Shown: positions 1 through 10,231 of the stretch, one piece after another
Position numbering within the stretch: position 1 is the stretch's first letter
Layout of the letters: each line of letters starts with the position of its first letter
DNA from: Octopus sinensis
Taxonomy: Eukaryota
Reading direction: 5' to 3'
NCBI RefSeq assembly: GCF_006345805.1
Contig: NW_021833335.1
Span: 1-27,600 of the forward strand
Length of the DNA: 27,600 nucleotides
Program-made: the position numbers and the translations under genes
The notes under the pieces: generated by a model
The model's database searches: none
What the model saw: only the letters and a program-made list of their open reading frames with translations
What the model was told of the DNA's origin: nothing

Positions 1-234
1 AACGAATGACAGAAAGGGAATCCTACCCTTTCTGGTCACATTACTAATTAAAAACTCTTCATCGGCGATGAGAATCATCTCCCACCTCCACCTCTTTGCA
101 TACAGAAAAAACTGTAATGAGATTTGTGCTTAAAAACATTGATATATTACTTTAAACGGAGTTGTAGTTTTAATCTGTCAGACTTTTTATTTAAATGTCG
201 AAATGCATATAAATATCACACTAATACAAAGAAA

Positions 235-560
235 CTAATTAATTGTTTAACTAAGTCCCAAGCTTTTGAAGTGAACAGGGAGTGGTACTTTTTCCTCCTC
301 CTCTTCTCTGGCTCTGTAGACCTCCGAGGATATGCAGTCCAGCGTTCATCGCTGAATAAATGTCAGGAAAAGACTGGAACCCCGGAAGACTGAGGAACAG
401 TTTAATATCGACTATGAATATGAGATGATTAGTGCTATAACATTTCATTATGCTCGATCGACATTTGTTCGAATTAGACAGTGAGGACTCTGCTTAGTAG
501 TTCTAGGCACACGACAAACAGCAATATGCTGTCGCTATGTAATGTGCTCCTCTCTAGCAT
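235..560 (-). mobile_element. Internally deleted RLE-type (R4/Dong-like) non-LTR retrotransposon relic: RT motif fragment joined directly to the element 3' end
   Basis: The minus strand gives NHLIFIVDIKLF (RT FxDD-region variant). 384-560 aligns by eye with 4310-4490, and 235-390 with 3393-3570. It is therefore a shorter deletion derivative of the 3393-4647 element. Confidence 0.75.
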
Positions 561-589
561 TTGTTGTATTGTAGATGCACTTTGGAAAG

Positions 590-2067
590 ATATTTGGTCT
601 AAAAGAACCAATACCTGTCAAAATGAGAAAATGAAACTTGCCAGTCAGACAAACTGGGCAGAATCTGATATATTCTCTGTTAGTCAAGAACTTTTCGAAG
701 ATGTTATAAAATATCTTCCAAATTGGAGATCCTGTGGCTGCGACAGGGTGTATAATTTTTTCATTTAACATTTCGAATCTTTACATCCGTATATCTATAC
801 TGAAGTCTTAAAAATTTGTAAAGAAGAGTACATACCGAACAATTGGTTTTACACTGGGATTACTTACCTCATCCCAAAGAAGCCTAACTCGAATCTGCCA
901 AAAGACCTCAGACCCATAACATGCTGCCAAACCTGTATAAAGTTCTCACTAAACGCGTAAATATGAAATTAACAAATTATTTGGAATTTTATTCGCTTGT
1001 TTCGGATAATCAACTTGGATGTAAAAGAAAATGTCAAGAAGCCAAAGAACAGGTCTTGATTAGCAAGAGTATAAACCTGGCCTACAGAAACAATTTGTTT
1101 ACATCCTTGATAGATGTGAAGAAAACTTTTGATAGTGTGGATCATAACTTTCTTTATCACGTTTTGGACTGCTCTTGGATCACCAGGTTCGTAAAAGTGA
1201 TTTTGACCCAGTGAAAGCTGAAGCTCAACCTGAACAAAAAAATAATCGGAAAAATTTGAATAAAGTTTGGGACCCTACAGGGAGATGCTTTATCTCTACA
1301 GTTATTTACGCTTGTAATGGACCCATTGAGCCGATGAGATGATGGAAAAAATAAGTGCAAAGATCAAAGCACGTATAAAGAGACTAACAGGCACAAAACT
1401 GAATGGTATTAATCTCTTTAAAGCTTTGAATGAGCACGCTTTGTCCCTTTACAATTATTACATTGGATTGATAGACATAGAACCTGATCAGTTTGAAGTA
1501 ATTGACAGAGAAATTCGTCAACAACTTAATTCATATCACATACACTTGAGACCTGCAAATTGTCAGAGGCTATATCTCCCTCGTACATACCTTGGAAGAG
1601 GATTGGAATCAATATCGATGAAGAGCGAAAGAATGTTACTGGAATTCTATACTGACATAAAAAAATCGGAAGGCTGTCTGAGAAAGGCTGGTATTCTGCG
1701 GACTGAAAATTTAATGAAAACCCATTTGGACACCATCGCAGACTACTTAAAGCATAAATACACCAAATATAACAATGAAATCAACATAAAAAATTTAAAG
1801 GAAATTCAACTCAAATACCTTCTTGATATAATCGAAACAAAAAGTTTACATTCATCACTTTACAAATGCAACAAAAACATTCATTCCGATATTTTTGTGG
1901 TTGCAGGAAGGCAATATATGCCCAAGTAGTGAGGGTCTATATTGCTTACTGCAAGATAGAAATCTGTTCTGTCAAAACGAAATGTAAATTGTCCGGAAAA
2001 ACTCCACAAATACGACCTACTTGCAAGTGAGATCGGACTGTTGCATAGTGCCAAAGTACAAATTTTT
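590..2067 (+). mobile_element. Degenerate RLE-type non-LTR retrotransposon (R4/Dong-like; RT plus C-terminal remnants), with stops, frameshifts and internal deletions
   Basis: Motifs in order: LPNWRSCGCDRVYNFFI, GITYLIPK..DLRPIT, NLYKVLTK, QLGCKR, IDVKKTFDSVDH, LQGDALS..LF, NLFKALNEHALS, RLYLPRTYLGRGL, LQDRN, then EKLHKYDLLASEIG (RLE tail). The YxDD, zinc-knuckle and PD..D segments are deleted. Left boundary approximate. Confidence 0.85.
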
Positions 2068-2400
2068 AATGATTACGAATTAACAGTTAAAACAAACGAA
2101 GTGCGCCCTTGTAATAAAAAAGAAGTAAATTTGCAAAAATTGCCATATCAATTTCTCATTAAAAATTTGAACAAAAAGTGCCCTTATCTCATGTGGATTG
2201 TGATGTCGAATTCGTTTCAAATCACCAATCCAACCGAACTTGCAAGAATGTGGGGGGAGTTGAAAGGCAACCCTAAGATGACGGTTGACAAGTTCAACCG
2301 CGTCTTAAGGTTGTATTACAACAACCCCAGGATCTTAAAAAGAGAAAAAACACAAAAAAACACCTACACTTTTTATTATGATGTCCCTTATCAATCTACT
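2068..2400 (+). pseudogene. ETS DNA-binding domain gene fragment (copy 1), inside ORF 2041-2571
   Basis: PYQFLIKNL..YLMW...FQITNPTELARMWGELKGNPKMTVDKFNRVLRLYY..ILKREK..TYTF matches the ETS pattern (LwqFL, W, P.E+AR.WG..K..P.M.Y+K+.R.LR.YY, Y.F). Confidence 0.85.
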
Positions 2401-2445
2401 GAGGAATATACCCCTTACTACTCGAATGCATATGAGCCCCCACTG

Positions 2446-2927
2446 ACTGAAAATCAAAACCACTTTGGAAAAGATATATTCATACTTGTTGATGAAACGG
2501 AAATCAATAAACAGAAATTTGTTAATGTTCTTTGTGGGACTATTGAAAGTCCTGAAAAATTTATTTATTAAATTGTTTGGAAATTGAAATTTGTGATGCA
2601 TCTGCAATTTGTAGAATTGTGGATGACACAATTCGAATTTATGATATAAAAAGAAAAATTTTTTTATTATTTATTTCTGATGCTGCCCGTTATATGACTT
2701 TAGCAGCGAGTACATTGAAGGTTATGTATATTAAAATGATTCATATAACTTCTTTTGCTCATCTTCTGCACAATTGTGCATTAAAGATTAGAGCACATTA
2801 TAAATATATTGACGACTTAATCTCGTCTATCAAAATGTCGATTGTAAAAAATCCCTCCCGGAACTTTTTTAAGGTCATATTTCTGGTTGCCCTAGTAATG
2901 ACTAGTTGGTCACTTGATCAAGAATGA
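2446..2927 (+). mobile_element. hAT-like (DUF659-type) DDE transposase fragment
   Basis: KDIFILVDETE..FVNVLCG (first catalytic D), then after a stop FLLFISDAARYM (second D) and AHLLHNCA (CxxH-like), continuing to SIVKNPSR. No TIRs found. Confidence 0.7.
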
Positions 2928-3392
2928 GGCTCAAACGAATTCAACGGGAAAATATAATTTAACTTGTAATGGAAATTTGAAATTATTGTCATACAAATAC
3001 AACAACAATAGCCGACAAGTCCATTCATTCAAGTTATCAAAATATGGCAAGACAAAATTACTTCTCACGTGAAAAATCTGAGGATCTCGGAAATAATACT
3101 CAAAAAAAACTTGAGAAAATTGTATCAGTACCATCACTGTTCATAATGTTTATCAGAATTTAAAAATGTCTTCATATCAATTGTTTTAGAAAAAGAAAAG
3201 ATTTGAAGAACCAATAAACATAAGAATAATGATTAGTGATAAATAAAGAATGAAAATAATTCACCATAATGAAAAAATATTTACAAATTAAATAACAACT
3301 GCTACACCACAAAAAATACAAATAAAAGTACACGTGTGAACGTATGCAGAATTAATTTTGTTTTATTAATTTATATTGATAAAAAAAAGAAA

Positions 3393-4647
3393 CTAATTAA
3401 CTAAGTGATTTTTATAGCTAAGTCCAGAGCCTTCGAAGTGAGCAGAGGGTGGCACTCCACACATTTCCTTCCCTTCTTCCTCCTCTTCTCTGGCACTGTA
3501 GACCTTCGAAAAGGTGCAGTCCAGCGCCTTTCGCTGACTAAACGTGATGGAAAGGACGACATTCCAGATCCTCAATATCTTCAAAATGGAAGTGGTGGAT
3601 GTTGTCGAGTCTTTTACTCACGTATTCGCATAGTTGTATTGCACAATTTCAAATAATATTAACTTCAAATTGATTTGCAAATTGTTAGAATGGACGGATG
3701 ACCTCGACTTGAGAGTAGGTATTGTCTAATTGGTAGATTGTGATCATTTCCTTAAAAAGCAGATCTGCAACATCCCCAGCAACAACGGAAAGGACAATTT
3801 AATAAATCACATAACAGCCACAATCCACACTTCCTTCCCAGAAATCGAGGACTTTTACAAGGACTTTGCCACCCTCGGGTCGGTGGTGAATGACTGTGGT
3901 TTGTTGGATTTGTGATATCTCAGGACTGCAGCAATTTTTATGATTCTCTCGGAGTAAACTTCGGACAATAAGGTCCATTTCATCACTCGGTTCCAATTCG
4001 ATCAGACCAACCTATCGCGTACTCGCAATGAGATGGCGTACTCGTTCAAGGCATGAAATAAGTTCCGTGCATTGAGGCAAGTTTTACATAACATTGCCGC
4101 CCTACTACGCACACTTTCTCGTTTCGGGTGTGATTAATGAGGCTGGGCTCTCAACCACACCAAGATACTTATACCCTTGGTGTTCCTCCAAGACTTTGAC
4201 TAGGTCACCGCACACAGGGGTGTTAGTCGCCGACTTGTTGTAGTTGAGCTCCAGCCCCAAGGCTTTCATGAAACCTTTCAAGACTTTGCCCATCGAGTGG
4301 AGGATCTCTGAAGACCGAGCGAACAGTTTAATGTCGTCTATAAACATGAGGTGGTTGGTGCTAAAACATCCTCCTTCATGTTCGATCGACATTTGTTAGA
4401 ATTGGGCAGTGAAGACTCTACTCAGCGGTTCTAGGCAGAGGACAAACAGCAGCAGAGACATGCTGTCGCCCTGTAATATGTCCCTCTCTAGCTTCACCTC
4501 GCCTATATCGCATTTGTTGTAATGTAGATGCACGTTCCACCTGTCCATCACTGTTGAAACAAATTTGAGAAAACCATGGAGGCAACTTAAGCCTTCGCAG
4601 ACACTCAACGAGGTAGGCATTACCACAGAGAGAAGGTGTAAATTCAT
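3393..4647 (-). mobile_element. 5'-truncated, internally deleted RLE-type (R4/Dong-like) retrotransposon
   Basis: Minus-strand frames give ILQGDSMSLLLFVLCLEPLSR, NHLMFIDDIKLFA, GLELNYNKSA, YKYLG, NARNLFHALNEYAIS, GLIELEP and a C-terminal VLSITFSQRKALD..EEEEE. It ends at CTAATTAA. Confidence 0.85.
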
Positions 4648-4653
4648 TTATAT

Positions 4654-4980
4654 TTAATAATTACGAGTTTACCTTCAAAACAAACCGGAATTGACGCCGT
4701 TTTAATTAAAAAAGACGCGAATTCGCAAAAATTGCCGTAATTTACGTCTCCACGAACAATATAAATACGTGCTGTGCGTTCTGCGGATGACAATTACTAC
4801 TTGGAAATGAAGACTTGTTTATACGAATTTCTTATTGAAAACCTAAACAAGAAGTGTTCGTATCTCATGTGGATTGGGATGTCGAATTCGTTTCGCATCA
4901 CCAATCCACCAGAACTTGCAAGAATGTGGGGGGAGTTGAAAGGCAACCCTAAGATGACGGTTGACAAGTTCAACCGCGTC
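4654..4980 (+). pseudogene. ETS-domain gene fragment (copy 2), truncated within the recognition helix
   Basis: LYEFLIENLNKKCSYLMWIG...NPPELARMWGELKGNPKMTVDKFNRV. Nucleotides ~4915-4980 are identical to ~2235-2304, and upstream homology extends to ~4654/2064. Confidence 0.85.
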
Positions 4981-5418
4981 ATCTCCCAGATCCCTCCCAA
5001 CAACGACGACGTCCTCACTAAGAAGGCCTCGGGGGAAGTCTCAGGACTTGTCCGGACTCTCCGTTGCTGTAGTACTGTCGGGTGAGACTGCAGTGAAACC
5101 CAGGATGGTGGAGGAGTTGAAAAGACTGATATCCCAGCAGCAAAAGAAACTAAAAATAGACGGACTGTTTGCCTAGTACATTATGGTCTGGAGTTGGCTG
5201 ATCTGAAAGTAAAATATTTTGAAATGCAGCAAAAGTATAATGATTTGGAAAGAAGGGTCAATTTAGTGGTTTAAAAGTGATTTTAGTATAAACAAATCAA
5301 TGTCTGCTGAGAAAGCAGGGAGGGTTGTGAATGTGAGTGAGATTGAAGGCTTGAATGTTAAAATCAGCATTATGATTGAGGAGCATAATAAATTGAAATC
5401 TGTATTGATTAGTGTCTA
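4981..5418 (+). other. Possible host-gene fragment (coiled-coil-like, possibly with a ~30-nt intron)
   Basis: Reading segments VEELKRLISQQQKKLK, ELADLKVKYFEMQQKYNDLERR and EIEGLNVKISIMIEEHNKLK, plus a candidate GT..AG at ~5257-5286. No clean gene model is possible. Confidence 0.3.
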
Positions 5419-5772
5419 AATCTGCCAAACACTCTTTGAGGAGATAGATTTGTAAAAAATTTCAATTTTGTAAATTCTCATCGAGCCTCACAAAAACATC
5501 AAAATTCATTGAGTTTAAGCGATGTAACAAATATTTTTTAAGATAATCTGACTGAATTGCAACAAACACACATTGAACAATATATAAATAAATGCACATT
5601 GAACAATATTCCAAAAATGATGGCTGGGCTCTACAAGTAACCAGAGCATTTGTAAAATCTGATATTCTATTAAACAAACTATCTATGCCGTGGTTTGGAA
5701 AATTTTATTACGCAGGCTCTGTACGAGTTCCCTCACCATTAAAGGCTAGAAGTTGTGTCGATCAAATCATAA

Positions 5773-5813
5773 TATGTCGCGAGCGCAGCGCGCGACCGAG
5801 CGCTAGACGCGAC
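5773..5813 (+). repeat. Left copy of a ~40-bp GC-rich inverted repeat (TATGTCGCGAGCGCAGCG...)
   Basis: Near-exact reverse complement of 9986-10026 and 14424-14464. It contains GCGCAGC units and has TA at the outer edge. Confidence 0.85.
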
Positions 5814-6261
5814 TTTGACAGCTAACAAGCCTATCATCAACAAATATATTTATTAAATTATTTAAATTTTAACATGATTTAAAATAAAATTGAAATAACT
5901 AAGTTTTCCATTGAATCCCATATAAAATAATTTATAAGTAGACCTTAATAGAAAAAGTAAAATCAATGAATACTGAACGCTAATTTGTTTAGGTTGTGAG
6001 GGGGGGTAATAATTGACAGATCTCATTGTTATTTTTCGTTTTAATCTCTAAAATTAGGTCTTCTAATCAAAAATGAACTGTGCTGACAGGCGTGCTCCTT
6101 CAGAAGATTCTTGTTTTGACATTTTAATAAATTATGAAGCATTTAGATTTTTCTCATTATTCTAAAATATCAATTATAAATTTTAAAATATTATTTTTAT
6201 TTATGAAATCGGTTTTAAAGCTCATTTGCTTTGGCATCGATTTTAATTTTTGTTATCGAAT

Positions 6262-6295
6262 ATATTTAATCCCAAATACAATCTAGGTATTTGTC
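6262..6295 (+). ncRNA. Putative spliced-leader (SL) RNA gene, 5' part (leader exon + donor), interrupted by LINE insertion
   Basis: ...TTTAATCCCAAATACAATCTAG|GTATTTGTC: CAAATAC (6273-6279) pairs with GTATTTG (6287-6293) around a 7-nt loop, putting an AG|GT donor at the stem. The reconstructed continuation has an Sm-type GATTTTT(T)GA. The 5' end is a guess. Confidence 0.55.
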
Positions 6296-7200
6296 GTCCT
6301 TTAATATTCTAACCAAATCCGAGACTGCACAGAAGGCCCGAATTACTGCCAGGAAGTCTGGGGACTTTACCCTCGAATTCTCAAATTCTAGTGATAGGGA
6401 CTCGTTTGTGAATGACTTCGAGTATAACAAACCATTTGGCCAGGACGGCCATTATATTTCTGCGTGCAGTCTGCAACCATCGACCGTAGTCTTGAAGGGA
6501 ATACCATCTTGGGTCTCCGAGGAAGACCTGGATCTTTACCTCAAAGAAATTCTCAACCCCGGTTTTACTTTCCAACGGTTCTACAAAAATGGACGGAGTA
6601 TACCTGTTGGAAAGTTGAGTCTGAATTCGAGGGCAGAAGCCACTTCGCTTGTAAGGATGGGAATCGAAGTGGGATTTCAAAAAATACGATGCGAATGGTT
6701 TAAAAACCCAGCAACAAGATGCTTTCGCTGCCAACAATTTGGTCACATTGCTAACTTCTGCAAAGAAGTGGAAAGATGTCTTTCTGTGGTGGTGATCATA
6801 ATATGAAAATGTGCCCGATTAAAGGAAAAACTGAGAAAAATGTATAAACTGCGGTCTGAGTGGGCATTTGGCTTGCTACGGTGGCTGCTCTTCAGCTAAG
6901 GCAGCCACTGAACAACTAAAAAAGCAGCTCAGTGCCAGGGACAGACTGGCCAAAGCAGAACACTCAAAAACTGTATGGTCAAAAGCGGAGGCCGTTGAAT
7001 CTGTATGGCGAAAACCCACAATTTCCCGCTGTTTGACTCCTCAACGCAAACAGATGTTAGTGAAGACGCAACTTTGCCTCCCAATACACAACACACAGAG
7101 CCTCCAACCCGCTTTAAGAGGAAAGCACCAACTATCGACGTTGAGCTTACCTCTATGATTCGCAAAATAATCGCTATATGCGATGAAAAAGGCTCGATAT
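6296..7200 (+). CDS. LINE-A ORF1, nucleic-acid-binding protein with three zinc knuckles (N-truncated, frameshifted)
   Basis: VVLKGIP, CFRCQQFGHIANFC, then across frameshifts C..CGGDHNMKMC and CINCGLSGHLACYGGC. No ATG at the 5' junction. Confidence 0.8.
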
Positions 7201-9813
7201 CAACAATCTGTTGTCCCTTTCTCTTGGAAGGGAAAGGATTGATCAGGCGTGAGGTAAACGAAACAAAAATCAAAAAACATGATGATTACTACTTGATGGC
7301 TATCGTTCCCTTGATATTAAGTGGAAGCCGGGCTCGATCGCTGGAACAGGCACTTCTATCTACTACAAATCAACTCTAAGGGTGAAAAATCTAAAAATTG
7401 TGTCCGAGGAATTGTGTGAATTCCTCACAATCGACGTCCTTCTGGAAAAAGGGTGGGTAACAATCGGAGGGATGTACTCAAAATCCCTTTCCAATTATTC
7501 ATCGCTTATCAAGGACTTTTTTGCCGATAAACACAATCATTTGTCAATACTCCTCGGGGATCTAAATGCCAAATGCACATCTTTGGCTGTCTGAGAACCA
7601 ACAGGGATGGCATCATTCTTAAGAAGCTTTCAGAATCTCTCAGTTTCTCGGTCATCACATCAAAAACCCCAAATCATTACTCACCAGGAGGGTGGGACTA
7701 TTTGGGCGTAGCATTGGTCTCTATGTCTACTCTTCAATTTATGGAACAACCGTACACCTTAAATGATATTGGAAGTGACCATCTACCAATTTTATACAAA
7801 CTCAACCTTGGACCTTTAAAGGGTAAACCAACTTTTATACGATATAACCTCTCGACTATAAACTGGGAACACTACCGAAAATGTTTTACACTTTATCTGA
7901 GCAATTTCGCTCCTAAACTTGACGAAAATTCTTCATCTGAGGACCTCGAGAAGTCTAGCAATTCCCTTATTGGATACATAAAGTCTTATCTGGAAACATA
8001 TTCTACAAAAATCGTCTCAAACAATAGGAAAACTCACATGCCAAACATGAATGTTGAAATCCTACTAAGGAAAAAACAATGTCTAAGGAACAAACTCCGG
8101 CGCTGCGCAGATTTTCGTGACCGGTCCGTTTTGGAAAGTGAAATCTTCACCATTACGGAAGAAATAAGAAAATCGGCGAAGGTGGCGAAGGATAAAAATG
8201 GAATACTGAGTGCAAAAAGCTACATAAAGGAAGTCCAAATTTTTGGAAGGTCTACTCGAAATTAACCTCGACGTCTGAGAAAACTATACCTAAACTGCTA
8301 AAACAAGATGGATCCCCTGCATCTCATGAAGAAATCCCGAACATATTTGCTGATAGTCTCAAAAGAATACAAGAAGTCAATCCGGATACAAATCTATCTG
8401 ATTCAGCTTTGTTTGATATGGAAAAAGAGTTGGAAGACAATCTTAGCTCATTACCAATGTGCTCGGAATCTATAACGTGCAAAGACGTGGAAAATGCAGT
8501 TAGATACTCCAAAAATAACGCTCCGGGAAAGGACAAGATAACCATGCGCATGTTCAAAGAAGCTCCCAAGCAACTTTACGAATATTTGGGATGTCTCTTC
8601 TCCCGCAGTGTGAGCTTGGGATACGTCCCTTCTTCATGGAAACTGACGGAGGTAAGGATGATACGGAAGCCTGGAAAACCTGGTTACTTGGCGACAAGTT
8701 ATAGGCCTATAAGCCTAATTCCTACCATCAGTCGAATAATGGAAAGGGTAATGTTTGAACGACTCTCTGAACACGTCGAGAGAAATGGTTATCTCAAAGA
8801 CGTGCAGTGGGGCTTTCGGAGGGGTCGTTCCTGTGCTGACTGTCTTTATACACTCAATTCGTCGATTGTAAAGGCTCTGGATTTCAAAGAGTGTCTGACA
8901 ATTGTGTCTCTAGACATCTCAAAAGCCTTTGATATGGTTTGGCACCTCGGTCTCCTTAGACATCTGGCGAAGTGTCACATAGACAAAGGACTATTCCTAT
9001 GGCTAAAAGACTTCCTCCGCGACAGGCGCTCTGTGATAAGCTTTCTGAACTATGACTCGGATGAACTGAAACTTAAAAGAGGCGTCCCTCAAGGATCAGT
9101 CCTCAGTCCTCTATTATTCAACATTGTGATGAGCAATCTGCCGTCTCCTGTCAACACACGGACGGAAATTTTGATATACGCCGATGATGTTGTAATCCTT
9201 GACATTTCATCGAAACCTGCCTTATCCGAACAAAGGATTATATCATATATGAATACAGTGGAGCAATGGTGCGATGAAAATATGTTCATTATTGCGCGTG
9301 AGAAGTCCGCATTACTGAGAATCACAGAAAGAAAGCAGAAATTTAATAAATTTACCGTGCCTGATCAAGAACATACCTCGACAAAACTCAATTAAATATC
9401 TTGGCTTGTTCATCGATGAAAAGGGAAACTATCTCGAAAACGCAAAATTAAGTAAAAGGAAAGCAACTAATGCTCTGTTCTGCCTGAGGAAGTTAAATTT
9501 GGAGCCTGATACTTTCCTCTACGTTTTCAATACGGTGATCCTACCGGGACTACTATACGGAAAAGAGGGATGGTACTTCTCTAAAAAGAAGGACACCATC
9601 TTAACTAAATTTGAAAAGTCTCGCAGGCTCGCTTTGAAGCTTGCTTACCACCAAAAAGTTGAAGATCCAATCCCCCTGTGGCTTGAAAGTAAATCCTCCA
9701 TGGTCGGTGAAACTGTCGAAAAAGCTATAAGTGGTTATAAATCCAACTCAATTGTCACTGGGACGTACCTGCAGGGAGAAAAAAAAAAAAAAAAAAAAAA
9801 AAAATTTACTTGA
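7200..9813 (+). CDS. LINE-A ORF2, APE endonuclease + reverse transcriptase (several frameshifts)
   Basis: VNETK, WKPGSIAGTGTSIYYK, GDLNAK and DIGSDHLP (APE). APGKDKI, YRPISL, QWGFRRGRS, LDISKAFDMVWH, GVPQGSVLSP and YADD (RT). No RNase H seen. Confidence 0.92.
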
Positions 9814-9933
9814 GGGGGTCTTTTTTTTTTTTCTGGGAAGAAGTCGATAGGGTAGTCCTATTGTTTCATTATACAAACTCCCCCCTAACCTTTAACCCTT
9901 CTCTGTTTCCAATAAAACTTCCTATTCCTATTC

Positions 9934-9965
9934 CTAGGTATTTGTCAATTTATAGATTTTTGATT
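9934..9965 (+). ncRNA. Putative SL RNA 3' part (donor + Sm-type site), copy 1
   Basis: CTAG|GTATTTGTCAATTTATAGATTTTTGA, with GATTTTTGA at 9955-9963 fitting the RAU(4-6)GR Sm consensus. Confidence 0.5.
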
Positions 9966-9985
9966 GATCGGATTGAAATTGAGTG

Positions 9986-10026
9986 GTCGCTCGCTGCGCT
10001 CGGTCGCTCGCTGCGCTCGCGACATA
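9986..10026 (-). repeat. Right copy 1 of the GC-rich inverted repeat
   Basis: GTCGCTCGCTGCGCTCG tandem unit ending CGCGACA-TA; reverse complement of 5773-5813. Confidence 0.85.
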
Positions 10027-10231
10027 TAGATCAAAAAATTTTTAATCCAGCAAAACTTGTGTATAAAAATTATTTTGTAATAATCAAAAGTTTTTTGCAA
10101 TGCAGATGAACAAAAATTACGTTGCGTGATGATAGCATGTTAAATTCTTCTGAAATAAATATGATATCGTTTAAGGCGATATATTTAAGGCGATTATAAA
10201 TATTGTAGCGTGCAAGCATGGTCGTTTTCCT

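Larger units (their letters stand above)
6296..9933 (+). mobile_element. LINE-A: APE-RT non-LTR retrotransposon (Jockey/I-like), 5'-truncated, 13-bp TSD
   Basis: TSD CTAGGTATTTGTC at 6283-6295 and 9934-9946. It has a gag-like ORF1 and an APE + RT ORF2, with AATAAA at 9911 followed by a CCTATT-repeat tail. Confidence 0.93.
9934..10181 (+). repeat. ~250-bp direct repeat flanking LINE-B (left copy; right copy 14369-14628)
   Basis: Colinear with 14369-14628; differences are almost all 1-2-nt indels. Confidence 0.92.

Noticed and set aside
7-38. 12-bp hairpin TGAC-AGAAAGGG...CCCTTTCT-G-GTCA at the window start
   Set aside because: It is a real inverted repeat, but isolated and cut off by the window edge, so no function can be supported.
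9986-10026. Tandem GTCGCTCGCTGCGCTC units as a CRISPR-like or telomeric array
   Set aside because: Only two adjacent units without spacers in a eukaryotic context; better explained as a transposon-type terminal repeat.
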